Positions 28,229 to 37,412 of a DNA stretch of 64,000 nucleotides are shown here, piece by piece. The DNA lies in assembly GCA_018396775.1 (NCBI GenBank), contig JAGTRF010000004.1, forward strand, positions 16,214 to 80,213, written 5' to 3'. The translations under genes were made by a program, and so were the position numbers. The DNA is from Candidatus Bathyarchaeota archaeon (GTDB lineage: Archaea; Thermoproteota; Bathyarchaeia; 40CM-2-53-6; DTDX01). The notes beneath the pieces are model-generated. The model made no database searches, was not told the DNA's origin, and saw only the letters and a list, made by a program, of their open reading frames with translations. The first letter of the stretch is position 1. Every line of letters starts with the position of its first letter.

Positions 28229-28778
28229 TCTCTAAGCCTTCCTTCCTTTCATAAATGTAAATTCCATCTAAAAATACTCTTTGATCCTTCTTTTTGATTT
28301 TCGTAGCCTGCTCTATATTGCTTGCAGTTTGACTTACTTCCTTTAAGTTTACTCCTTGAACAATTATATCGTCTGCTTTAACTTTAACTTTAACGTTTCC
28401 AACGATTTTAGCTGTTCTAGGCGATTTTTCACCTATGAAGTTTTCGATAATTATTTTATTTTCACTTACTTTAATTGTTACTGGAAAATGAGAATAAACA
28501 ACCTTAAGTTTATATGTGAATCCTTTAGTAACACCTTTAATTAAGTTTTTAATAAGAGACGCGATCGTCCCAACAATAGCAGCCTGCTTTATTTTAGGCC
28601 AATAAGCATAAACAATCACTTCCTTATTATTGTTTAATTCGATTTTAACAGGTGCATGAGAAAAATCTTCTACTAAAGTTCCCAATGGCCCAGAAACTTC
28701 CATTAAATTATTTTTCAATGTCACATTCACGTTTTCTGGAATTGAAACCACTCTTTTCTCAACTTCTATCTCTTCCAT
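28215..28778 (-). CDS. rpl6: ribosomal protein L6
   Basis: Two-domain L6: IPENVNVTLKNNLMEVSGPLGTL...YSHFPVTIKV. Confidence 0.85.
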   Translation of the reverse strand: MEEIEVEKRVVSIPENVNVTLKNNLMEVSGPLGTLVEDFSHAPVKIELNNNKEVIVYAYWPKIKQAAIVGTIASLIKNLIKGVTKGFTYKLKVVYSHFPVTIKVSENKIIIENFIGEKSPRTAKIVGNVKVKVKADDIIVQGVNLKEVSQTASNIEQATKIKKKDQRVFLDGIYIYERKEGLENGEP

Positions 28779-28793
28779 TTAAAAGCACCCTTT

Positions 28794-28979
28794 TCAATTA
28801 TATTTTTTAAATCCGAGTTGCTCAGCAACTTCTCTAAAACATTGCCTACAAAGGTATAATCCATATTTTCTAATAACTGGACCATATTGACCGCATCTTC
28901 TGCAAGGTCTACTTCCTTTTCCAATTTTTCTTTCTTTTTTAGGCTTATGCTTCATTAAATTTTCATTCCCTCTTTTCAA
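28794..28979 (-). CDS. rps14: ribosomal protein S14 (zinc-binding Z type)
   Basis: 61 aa; [25 protein letters not shown]. Confidence 0.85.
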   Translation of the reverse strand: MKRGNENLMKHKPKKERKIGKGSRPCRRCGQYGPVIRKYGLYLCRQCFREVAEQLGFKKYN

Positions 28980-29518
28980 TCTTTAACTATTTCTACTCCA
29001 AAATTCGATTTAATAAACTGGATAGCTTCCTCTTTAGAGATTAAATGTTTCTTTCCAATTTTAGATTTTTTTCCAGCTCTTCGCTTTACTCTAAACCCTG
29101 GTCTCTCTAAACTAACGCATACATTCATCCCTATCATTCCAAGCTTTGGATCATATTTTACGCCGGGAATATCTATATGCTCTTTTATTCCAAAGGAAAA
29201 GTTTCCATACTCGTCAAAACTAGACCCTTTAAGCTTGTTTCCAACAGCTTCTAAAACTTTCTTTAAAAATGAGGTTGCAGCCCCTCCTCTTAAAGTAACC
29301 ATGCAAGCTATAGGTTCCCCTTTTCTTATACCAAAATCTTTAATTGTTCTTTTAGCTTTTCTAAAGCAAGGTTTTTGTCCAGTTAAGCTAGATAAAATTT
29401 TAATAGCTTTCTCCAAAGGTTCTCCAGACTCTCCAATACAAACATTAACTGAAACTTTTTCTATTCTTATTTTCTTCATTGGGTTCTCTTTTATTAAAAT
29501 CTCGCTTGTTGAACTCAT
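28976..29518 (-). CDS. rpl5: ribosomal protein L5
   Basis: [23 protein letters not shown]...[21 protein letters not shown]. Confidence 0.85.
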   Translation of the reverse strand: MSSTSEILIKENPMKKIRIEKVSVNVCIGESGEPLEKAIKILSSLTGQKPCFRKAKRTIKDFGIRKGEPIACMVTLRGGAATSFLKKVLEAVGNKLKGSSFDEYGNFSFGIKEHIDIPGVKYDPKLGMIGMNVCVSLERPGFRVKRRAGKKSKIGKKHLISKEEAIQFIKSNFGVEIVKD

Positions 29519-29529
29519 TTTTTACACCA

Positions 29530-29967
29530 TTAAATTATTATGTTAGCTACATTAGCTATTCTAGGCCATCTTTCAGCCGCTTCTTTAGCTACAGGTCCTT
29601 TAATTTCTGTACCTTTAAATTCTCCTTCAGCTGTCATTAATACTGCAGCATTATCCTCAAATTGAAGCCAAAGTCCGTCTCTTCTTCTATACGGTTTTCT
29701 TTGTCTTATTATTATTGCAGGAAAAACTTGTCCCTTTAACTCTGGTGTTCCCTTAACTACAGTAACACGAATCATATCTCCAATGCATGCTGCTGGCAGT
29801 CTTCTAAGCCTTCCCTTATAGCCTGTTACTGAAATTAACTTTAAAACTTTAGCTCCTGTATTATCAGCGCAAGTTAATCTAGCGCCTGTAATTAAACCTC
29901 TGGAGATACGTGGTCTATATTCTACTACTCCTTTAGCGCTTACAGCTCTAGTTTTTGGACCAGGCAT
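29530..29967 (-). CDS. rpl14: ribosomal protein L14
   Basis: [40 protein letters not shown]. Confidence 0.9.
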   Translation of the reverse strand: MPGPKTRAVSAKGVVEYRPRISRGLITGARLTCADNTGAKVLKLISVTGYKGRLRRLPAACIGDMIRVTVVKGTPELKGQVFPAIIIRQRKPYRRRDGLWLQFEDNAAVLMTAEGEFKGTEIKGPVAKEAAERWPRIANVANIII

Positions 29968-30010
29968 TTTACTTCACCATTTTAAGAATTTATTAAGGTT
30001 TAATTTTAAA

Positions 30011-30340
30011 TTAGCGTTTAATTTTCTCAACAACAACGAAAGATATGTTTTTGCTTATTGGTTTGCATTCAGCTATCTTCACTATATCGCCTTGCTTAGC
30101 TTCAATGCAAGGTGGATTATGAGCTAAAATTTTGCTGCGACGCTTTTCATAACGCATATATTTTCTTACATAATGAAGGTAATCCTTTCTTACAACAATA
30201 GAGTTTTTCATTTTATCGCTAGCTACAACTCCAATTATTATTTTTCCTCTAACCTTCAATTTACCATGAAACGGGCATTTAACATCGTCGCAAGTTTTTT
30301 CAGGAGCTGAAACATTTAAACCTATGTTTTTCGTCACCAA
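30011..30340 (-). CDS. rps17: ribosomal protein S17
   Basis: [30 protein letters not shown]. Confidence 0.85.
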   Translation of the reverse strand: MVTKNIGLNVSAPEKTCDDVKCPFHGKLKVRGKIIIGVVASDKMKNSIVVRKDYLHYVRKYMRYEKRRSKILAHNPPCIEAKQGDIVKIAECKPISKNISFVVVEKIKR

Positions 30341-30591
30341 CGTTTCAACCTCATTTTTAATCTATTTTCAGGTCTTCCAACTAAAATTTTTCCATTAACT
30401 TCAACTATTTTCCCATTTGGTAAAAAGATGTGAAAAATTGAAATATCCTTTGGAATAAGCTTTATTTTACCGTTTGTTTGAATACATAAAGTGTTTTTAG
30501 TTTCATCTATTATTAACCCTTCTAAACCGTTAAGCTGAAGATTTTTACAACATGAAATTTTAACCTTTAAGCCTATTAATTCATGTTTCAT
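30334..30591 (-). CDS. rnp1: RNase P protein component 1 (Rpp29/Pop4 homologue)
   Basis: 85 aa; [35 protein letters not shown]; conserved position between rpl29 and rps17. Confidence 0.75.
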   Translation of the reverse strand: MKHELIGLKVKISCCKNLQLNGLEGLIIDETKNTLCIQTNGKIKLIPKDISIFHIFLPNGKIVEVNGKILVGRPENRLKMRLKRW

Positions 30592-30605
30592 TAAATTTTC
30601 TGGAG

Positions 30606-30827
30606 TTATTTCCGTGGTTTAACTCCCCCTTTCTTAGTTTCATTTTCAATAGTTAAAAGCCTGGCTATTGTTTTTTTAATTTCCCTTATTTTTGCAGGAT
30701 TTTCAACTGCTCCTCCAGCTTTACTCATAGTTTTTAACCTCATTAACTCTACTTTAAGCTCCTCTATTTTTTTTAACCGCTCTTCTGAACGCATTTCTCT
30801 CATTTCCTTCATCCTTAAAATTGCCAT
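30606..30827 (-). CDS. rpl29: ribosomal protein L29
   Basis: LRMKEMREMRSEERLKKIEELKVELMRLKT. Confidence 0.85.
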   Translation of the reverse strand: MAILRMKEMREMRSEERLKKIEELKVELMRLKTMSKAGGAVENPAKIREIKKTIARLLTIENETKKGGVKPRK

Positions 30828-31436
30828 TTAATCCCCTTCTTGCTTAACTTTTATCGCAGGTTTATCTGGAAACTTAGCATTTGGAAGAAGAATTCTAACT
30901 TTAATTCCATAAAGTCCAGGTTTTAATTGAACATACGTGACAGCGGTCTTCATTTGCTTTAAAACCGGATCACCGCACTTAGGTAAATATCCTGCACCAT
31001 ATTTTTCATGTCTTGCTCTTTCAGTTGTTAGTTTTCCACCAATAATTATTTCAGCTCCTAAAGCTCCAGCCTCCATTATTCTTTGAAGAGCCCAGTAAAC
31101 AGCTCTTCTAAAATGAATTCCTTTTTGAAGCGCAGCGACAATTTGAGAAGCGATAACTTGAGGGTTAAGCTCTGGATTTTCAACTGTAGCAACAGAAATT
31201 TGAGGATTTTCAATTCCAAACCTTTCTTCTAAAATTTTAGTTAACTCTCTTATGCTTTGCCCACGCCTTCCAATAACTACTCCAGGTCTAGCAACATAGA
31301 TGACTACCCGTGTTCCTAAAGGCGTTTTAGTTAATTCAGTTCCAACATATCCTGCTTTATTAAGTTCCCTAGCTAAAAACTCGTTTACTTCAGCTTTCCT
31401 TAAATTTTCTTTAATAAAATATTTATTTATAGACAT
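30828..31436 (-). CDS. rps3: ribosomal protein S3
   Basis: KH domain VVIYVARPGVVIGRRGQSIRELTKILEERFG. Confidence 0.85.
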   Translation of the reverse strand: MSINKYFIKENLRKAEVNEFLARELNKAGYVGTELTKTPLGTRVVIYVARPGVVIGRRGQSIRELTKILEERFGIENPQISVATVENPELNPQVIASQIVAALQKGIHFRRAVYWALQRIMEAGALGAEIIIGGKLTTERARHEKYGAGYLPKCGDPVLKQMKTAVTYVQLKPGLYGIKVRILLPNAKFPDKPAIKVKQEGD

Positions 31437-31595
31437 TATTAAGTTAACCTTCCAGCTTAATCTTTACTAATTAATATTGAGCATTATCCATTTGAAGCTT
31501 TACCTTATAAAATTTGCTTTTTTAAATATTTTAAAAGAAGCTTTCCATTTTTATATAATATCTAAAACTGAAAATTTTCGTTAAAACAATAAAGA

Positions 31596-32063
31596 TTAAG
31601 AAGAAGCTTCATAACCTACTAACTCTACATGAGTTAAAGTTTCAAATTTAGGGGTAGCTCTACCAAAGGCTCTTGGAATATATCTTTTAATTTTTCTCCC
31701 CCGCTGCGAAGCTGCATGAATTATAACCAAGTTTTCTACATCTAAGCCTTTATATTCAGCGTTTGCCTCTAATTCGTTTAACAATTTTAAAATTTTATCT
31801 GCTACTTTAACCGGATATCTTCCTGCATATCCTTTCTCATTCATTCTCCTATGAGAAACCTCTTTTTTATATCTTTTAAAAGGTATTGCTTTCTTCATCG
31901 CCTTCACTTCTTCCAAAAAGCTTTTAGCTTCGCTTACTTTCATTCCTTTAATCGCCTTGCAAACTTCAGTAGCAGCTTTCACGGAGATTCTAAGCTCTCT
32001 TCCAGCACATTTAACTGTTTTATCCGGGTCTAAGTTTTGAATTGAATATCCCCATTTAGGCAA
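31596..32063 (-). CDS. rpl22: ribosomal protein L22
   Basis: LRISVKAATEVCKAIKGMKVSEAKSFLEEV. Confidence 0.85.
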   Translation of the reverse strand: MPKWGYSIQNLDPDKTVKCAGRELRISVKAATEVCKAIKGMKVSEAKSFLEEVKAMKKAIPFKRYKKEVSHRRMNEKGYAGRYPVKVADKILKLLNELEANAEYKGLDVENLVIIHAASQRGRKIKRYIPRAFGRATPKFETLTHVELVGYEASS

Positions 32064-32083
32064 TTCGATTCCCCATTAATCTT

Positions 32084-32485
32084 CTACTTTAATGGAACAT
32101 ACATGCTTGATCTAGAAGCTCCTATGCCTGGAGTTCCGTGAACAACCCTCTTATTAGTTATAGCGAATTCTCCTAAATAATGTCCTATCATCTCTGGTTT
32201 AATTTCTATAGAAACAAACTCTTTTCCATTATGAACTAGAATTGTAAGCCCAATCATTTCTGGAAGAATAATCATATCTCGGCAATGAGTTTTAATAGGC
32301 TTCTCACTTTTTGAAGAAGAATGCTTAATCTTCCTTATTTTAGTTAAAAGAATTTTTTGCTGTTCAGTTAACCCTTTAAGCAGTGATCTTCTCTGTCGAG
32401 ATGGAAGAAGCTTGATAAATTCATCCATAGACATTTGCTGAAGTTGAGTTAATGTATATCCTCTATAAGTAAATTCACGAGGCAT
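32084..32485 (-). CDS. rps19: ribosomal protein S19
   Basis: [31 protein letters not shown]. Confidence 0.9.
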   Translation of the reverse strand: MPREFTYRGYTLTQLQQMSMDEFIKLLPSRQRRSLLKGLTEQQKILLTKIRKIKHSSSKSEKPIKTHCRDMIILPEMIGLTILVHNGKEFVSIEIKPEMIGHYLGEFAITNKRVVHGTPGIGASRSSMYVPLK

Positions 32486-32558
32486 TTTTAACGCCTTCTC
32501 TTTTTATTTCTTCACCTTTATTTTTTAAGCTTTCTCTCTTTTTAATTTTTCTTAAATT

Positions 32559-33305
32559 TTATTGAGCCCCTCTCCCAGCTTTCTTTCCTCTTCCAGTTCT
32601 TCTAGCAGCTATTAAACCAACTTTTCTTCCTGGAGGAGCATGCCTAGAGATTGTTGTGGGCTTCCCAGGATGCCTATGTCTTCCTCCACCAAATGGATGC
32701 GAAGCAGCTATCATGGCTTGACCTCGCACTCTAGGATATTTCTGACCTTTAGAAGCCATTAAAGCTGCTTTAGCTCCAGCTTTCAGAAACGGTTTTTCCA
32801 TCTTTCCAGCTCCAGAAACAACTCCTATCATAGCTCTGCATCTACCATCTAAATATATTGATTTTCCTGATGGAAGTTTTAATTCAGTTCCCATAGGTGT
32901 ATGAGAAACTACAGTAGCGTAAGCTCCAGAAGCTTTAACAAGCTTTCCCCCATCTCCAGGAGATAGCTCAATATTGCATACAAGCGTTCCCTCAGGTACT
33001 TCCTCTAGGGGGAGAATGTTGCCAATTTTTACTGTTGCAGCTGCTCCCCTTAAAACTTCTTGGCCTACACTTATTCCTTCAGGAGCAGGAATATAACATT
33101 CTTCTCCATCTTCAAATTTTAAATAAGCTAAAGGAGTCCCTCTTCCAGGATCATGCACAAGATCTGCAACAACCCCTTTAATTAAACTTTTCGCTTCTTC
33201 CTCTTTAAGCGTTGGAAATGCTGCTTCGCTAACTCTTTTATGGGTTAAAGCTCTAAAAATTGAGCCTCTCCGCCCTCTTCTTTGAACAAAAATTCTTTTA
33301 CCCAA
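32559..33305 (-). CDS. rpl2: ribosomal protein L2
   Basis: HPFGGGRHRHPGKPTTISRHAPPGRKVG. Confidence 0.9.
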   Translation of the reverse strand: MGKRIFVQRRGRRGSIFRALTHKRVSEAAFPTLKEEEAKSLIKGVVADLVHDPGRGTPLAYLKFEDGEECYIPAPEGISVGQEVLRGAAATVKIGNILPLEEVPEGTLVCNIELSPGDGGKLVKASGAYATVVSHTPMGTELKLPSGKSIYLDGRCRAMIGVVSGAGKMEKPFLKAGAKAALMASKGQKYPRVRGQAMIAASHPFGGGRHRHPGKPTTISRHAPPGRKVGLIAARRTGRGKKAGRGAQ

Positions 33306-33350
33306 TTGTTAGTAACCTCTAATCGTAAGGAACTAAAGTGAGCTAGCTTA

Positions 33351-33358
33351 TTTTTATA
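33351..33358 (+). promoter_or_regulatory. TATA-like box (TTTTTATA) in the divergent rpl2 / PGI-PMI intergenic region
   Basis: Lies 39-46 nt upstream of ATG 33397; the same AT-rich 90-nt region must also carry the ribosomal-operon promoter on the other strand. Confidence 0.3.
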
Positions 33359-33396
33359 TGTTTCGTTTTCTTAACTTATTTTAAAGGTTTTGAAAA

Positions 33397-34503
33397 ATGG
33401 GTTCAAATGAATATCTTAAATTAAAGGATTTAGATAAATTTGGAATGTTAAACTTTATAGAGAAAGCTCCAGATTATTTACGTTTAACTTTAAATTTAAT
33501 TAAAAGTGGAGAAGTAAACTGGAGTAAAAACCTTGAGAATTTAGAGGGTTTAAAGGTAGAGAACGTTTTAATCTCTGGGCTTGGCGGCTCAGCTATAAGC
33601 GGGGACATAATTGTTGATTGGATTTGGGAAAAAAGCTCCATTCCAATAATAGTTAACAGAGATTATAAATTACCTCAATTTGCTGGAGAAAAAACTGTCG
33701 TTATAACGGTTAGCTATTCTGGAAATACATTTGAAACTTTAAATCAATTTTATGAAGCTTATAAAAGAAAGTGTATTTTATTCAGCGTTTCTTCTGGAGG
33801 AAAATTGATGAAAGCTTCTGAAAGGCTTAAGATTCCTTTTTTAAAAGTTAAAGAAAGTCTTCCACCTCGTGCAGCTTTACCATGCCTGCTTCCAGCTGTA
33901 ACATATATTTTATCAAAGTTTGAGCATTCAATTTTGATTTCTGAATTGGAAGCGGCGGCAAATAAGATGGATGAGGTGAAAAAAGAGGTTGGATTCCATC
34001 GTAAAGTTGAAGAGAATCCAGCTAAAAAAATGGCTTTAAACATTATTGGAAAATATCCAGTAATATATGCTTTTGCAAATATGGGAAGCGTTGCTAGAAG
34101 GATAAAAGATCAAATTAATGAAAATAGCAAGGTTTCAGCTAAATTTGATTTTTTACCTGAAGCATGTCATAATGAAATTGAGGGAACATTTTTTCCGGTG
34201 AAAGAAAACCTTTGCTTTCTATTTATTGAGCCTCAAGAAAAAATTGAAAAAGTTATAAGCGAGGAATTTAAAAAAGTTTTAAGAGAGAATGGCTTCATTA
34301 ATATTTATGATATTCCAGTGAAAGGAGAAACTAAAATAGAGAAGATTCTTACATCAATTTATTTCGGGGATTTTACTTCATTTTACTTATCTTTAGCATA
34401 TAATGTTGACCCAACAGTTACGAAGAATATTCAAAAATATAAAAATGGAGTAAGCGAAGAAGCTTCAAAATTAATTAATTATTTTGAAAGCCTTATCCTT
34501 TAG
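33397..34503 (+). CDS. bifunctional phosphoglucose/phosphomannose isomerase (SIS-domain, archaeal PGI/PMI family)
   Basis: VLISGLGGSAISGDII...VITVSYSGNTFETL SIS motifs; 368 aa. Confidence 0.7.
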   Translation: MGSNEYLKLKDLDKFGMLNFIEKAPDYLRLTLNLIKSGEVNWSKNLENLEGLKVENVLISGLGGSAISGDIIVDWIWEKSSIPIIVNRDYKLPQFAGEKTVVITVSYSGNTFETLNQFYEAYKRKCILFSVSSGGKLMKASERLKIPFLKVKESLPPRAALPCLLPAVTYILSKFEHSILISELEAAANKMDEVKKEVGFHRKVEENPAKKMALNIIGKYPVIYAFANMGSVARRIKDQINENSKVSAKFDFLPEACHNEIEGTFFPVKENLCFLFIEPQEKIEKVISEEFKKVLRENGFINIYDIPVKGETKIEKILTSIYFGDFTSFYLSLAYNVDPTVTKNIQKYKNGVSEEASKLINYFESLIL

Positions 34504-35959
34504 TTACACCTAATGGAACTAATCTAGCTACTTTAAAGGCCACTCCAACCTTATGGCTTACTTCAGCCACTCTATCTACATCTTTATAAGCGTCAGGGGC
34601 CTCCTCGCTTACAACAGCTATGCTAGCTGCTCTAATTAATATTCCTTGATTTTCAAGTTTTTGCTTAACTTCGCTTCCCCAAAACCTTTTTTTAGCTGCA
34701 GCTCTGCTTAAAACTCTTCCAGCACCATGCGCAGTTGAGCCAAAACTAACTTCCATAGCTTTTTTAGAGCCAACTAAAACCCAAGAGCTTGTTCCCATGC
34801 TTCCTGGAATAATAACTGGTTGACCTATGCTTCTATATTTTGCTGGCACATCTTTATGCTCCGGAGGAAAAGCTCTTGTTGCACCTTTTCTATGAACACA
34901 AACAATTCTTCTTTTTCCATTAACAACATGCTCTTCCTTTTTAGCTATGTTATGAGCAACATCATATACTAAATGCATTCCTAAAGACTCAGCTGATCTA
35001 TTGAAAATTTTTTCAAAAGCTTGTCTAGTCCAATGCGTTATCATTTGCCTATTAGCCCAAGCAAAATTACATGCAGCTGCCATAGCAGGTAAATAATCTT
35101 CAGCTTCAGGGCTTTTTATTGGAGCGCAAGCCAATTCTCTATCTGGAAGCTTTATATCATATTTTTTAACAGCTCTCTCCATAACCTTTAAGTAATCATC
35201 GCATATTTGATGACCGAAACCTCTACTACCTGTGTGAACTAAAACCATGATTTGCCCTTCTTCCTCAATTCCAAAACTTTTAGCTATATTTTTGTTAAAA
35301 ATTTTATCCACAACCTCCACTTCTAAAAAATGGTTTCCACTTCCTAAGCTTCCAAGCTGAGGGTAACCTCTACTCTTAGCTATAGAGCTGACTTTACTTG
35401 GATTAGCGCTGCTCATGCATCCATTTTCCTCGCAGTTTTCAGCATCTTCAGGCCAACCGTAACCCGCATCTATAGCCCAATTAACGCCTTCAGAAGCTAC
35501 TTTATCAAGCTCTGAAAGAGCAACCCTTAATTTTCCCCTGCTTCCTAATCCTGAAGGAATATAATTAAATAATACATCAAGCAGCTTTGGTAAAACAGGT
35601 TTAACATCATTAATTCTTAAGTTAGTTCTTATAAGTCGAACTCCACAATTTATATCGTAACCCACTCCACCAGGGCTTACAACGCCCTCTTCATAATCTG
35701 TAGCTGCCACTCCACCTATTGGAAAACCATACCCTTCATGGCCATCAGGTAAAGTAATAGACCATTTATAAATTCCCGGTAAATGAGCTACATTAGCGCA
35801 CTGCTCAATCGTTAAATCCCCCTTCATTTTTTCAAGCAAAACTTCATCGCTATAAATTCTTCCTGGAACCCGCATTCCAGACTTATAAGAAGTTGGAATC
35901 TCCCAAATACATTCATCCAGCTTTATTAACGGAACATGCTCAGAGCTTCTTCCAGACAT
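34493..35959 (-). CDS. rtcB: RNA-splicing ligase RtcB (tRNA exon ligase)
   Basis: ...NVAHLPGI...PDGHEGYGFPIGGV...DINCGVRL...HTGSRGFGHQ...GSTAHGAGR; 488 aa, no intein. Confidence 0.9.
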   Translation of the reverse strand: MSGRSSEHVPLIKLDECIWEIPTSYKSGMRVPGRIYSDEVLLEKMKGDLTIEQCANVAHLPGIYKWSITLPDGHEGYGFPIGGVAATDYEEGVVSPGGVGYDINCGVRLIRTNLRINDVKPVLPKLLDVLFNYIPSGLGSRGKLRVALSELDKVASEGVNWAIDAGYGWPEDAENCEENGCMSSANPSKVSSIAKSRGYPQLGSLGSGNHFLEVEVVDKIFNKNIAKSFGIEEEGQIMVLVHTGSRGFGHQICDDYLKVMERAVKKYDIKLPDRELACAPIKSPEAEDYLPAMAAACNFAWANRQMITHWTRQAFEKIFNRSAESLGMHLVYDVAHNIAKKEEHVVNGKRRIVCVHRKGATRAFPPEHKDVPAKYRSIGQPVIIPGSMGTSSWVLVGSKKAMEVSFGSTAHGAGRVLSRAAAKKRFWGSEVKQKLENQGILIRAASIAVVSEEAPDAYKDVDRVAEVSHKVGVAFKVARLVPLGVTKG

Positions 35960-36023
35960 TTTCTCATCTCCATTTAGAAATAACTTGAAACTTAGCTTTA
36001 AAGCTTTAAACGTGCTAAAAAAG

Positions 36024-36458
36024 TTATAAATCCAAAATAAACTTTGCTATAAATTTACCCGACTCTTGAGAAATACTCATCTTATGGTAAGTTACTGCTT
36101 TAACCTCTGTTTTAGATAAATGCTTATTTTTATCAAATGCTTCCCCAAAAACTTCAGCCTCTAAATAAAATAAATTATTTACCTGCGTTATTTTTTTAAC
36201 GTTAAAAATCGAGTAAAGCTTTAATTCTATTTCAAACTTTAAGAGTAAAGCTTCAAGCCAATTATGAAGAAGCACTATTTCATCTTCTCCTTCAACTTTA
36301 ATTTCATCCCTCAATTGAGGTTCAATTAATTTTGTATCCGTCATAACTTCGAACATAGCTAATCCAGCATTACTAAAAGCTTCTTCTAAGCTTTCACCAT
36401 AAGCAGCTATATAAGCGTCGCCCACATGCTCTAAAAACTCAAATTTTTTATCAACCAT
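36024..36458 (-). CDS. archease (RtcB activator)
   Basis: 144 aa; FEFLEHVGDAYIAAYGESLEEAFSNAGLAMFEVMTD; sits immediately downstream of rtcB. Confidence 0.8.
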   Translation of the reverse strand: MVDKKFEFLEHVGDAYIAAYGESLEEAFSNAGLAMFEVMTDTKLIEPQLRDEIKVEGEDEIVLLHNWLEALLLKFEIELKLYSIFNVKKITQVNNLFYLEAEVFGEAFDKNKHLSKTEVKAVTYHKMSISQESGKFIAKFILDL

Positions 36459-36540
36459 AATATTCCCTCTTTTTTCATTAAAGAAAGTAAAAGTTTTTTA
36501 TTAACCTTTAATTTTAACTATTTTACTTAAAAGTTTAAAA

Positions 36541-36664
36541 GCCGGGATGGCCGAGTGGACTAACCTTAAGAAGGGTTTAAAGGCGCAGGCCTTGAGTTAA
36601 GTAAGACAGGACAGCCTGTGGCCCTTTCAGGGCCTCGTGGGTTCAAATCCCACTCCCGGCGCCA
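36541..36664 (+). tRNA. tRNA-Ser(UGA)-like type-II tRNA, 124 nt with CCA encoded and two candidate introns: 18 nt in the D-loop and 16 nt at canonical position 37/38
   Basis: GCCGGGA-TG-GCC-GAGTGGACTAA[CCTTAAGAAGGGTTTAAA]GGC-G-CAGGC-CTTGAG[TTAAGTAAGACAGGAC]A-GCCTG-TGGCCCTTTCAGGGCC-TCGTGGGTTCAAATCCCAC-TCCCGGC-G-CCA. Confidence 0.7.
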
Positions 36665-37056
36665 AAAACTTATCTAAAGAAAAGTTTAATTTAAAATTGA
36701 AATTTAAAGGATTAATGTACAAGAAATACGGTAAAACTTAAACAGTTTCCTATGAAGAACTATTTGAGGTAAGCTTTTCTATCCAAAAGGTTTAGGTATA
36801 GTGAAATATGAGGAGAAATAGTAATTTTGTTAAATTTTCCTCCTGTTGAGTTTTTTATTGAGGCAATTGTAATTTTTATATCGTTTATAATCAATTATGC
36901 ATTTATTCTTCTATGAATAATTAATTGAATTTTAAAAGGAAGAATGCTGAAGAAAACCTTTAGATATTACTTATAACTGGAGAAATTTGCGATATATGCT
37001 TAATGACGTTAAAATAACATATGTTTTTATAAGGAAAAGAAAAAATTAATTTAAAT

Positions 37057-37410
37057 TTATTTATGAATGAGATTTGAGTCATTTTGGTTGATAAGCTCAC
37101 TATTCAGCCATTTAATATAATTATTATACCCTCCTATAATTGGGAAAGCTATTATTTCTGGAATTTCATAAGAATGGATTAATTTTACTTTGTTAATTAA
37201 TTTATTTAATAATGATGTTTTAGATTTAATTATTAACAAGGATTCTTGAGACTTTTCAATTTTTCCTTTCCACCAATAAAAACTTTTAATTCGAGGTAAA
37301 ATGTTAACGCATGCAACCAATCTTTTAGAAAGTAATATCTTAGCTATTTTTTCAGCTTCCTTAATGCTTTGGCATGTTATAAAAACAATTATGTACATTT
37401 CTTTTTTCAA
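37057..37410 (-). CDS. cutA: divalent-cation tolerance protein CutA1
   Basis: MYIIVFITCQSIKEAEKIAKILLSKRLVACVNILP...SYEIPEIIAFPI. Confidence 0.75.
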   Translation of the reverse strand: MKKEMYIIVFITCQSIKEAEKIAKILLSKRLVACVNILPRIKSFYWWKGKIEKSQESLLIIKSKTSLLNKLINKVKLIHSYEIPEIIAFPIIGGYNNYIKWLNSELINQNDSNLIHK

Positions 37411-37412
37411 CT

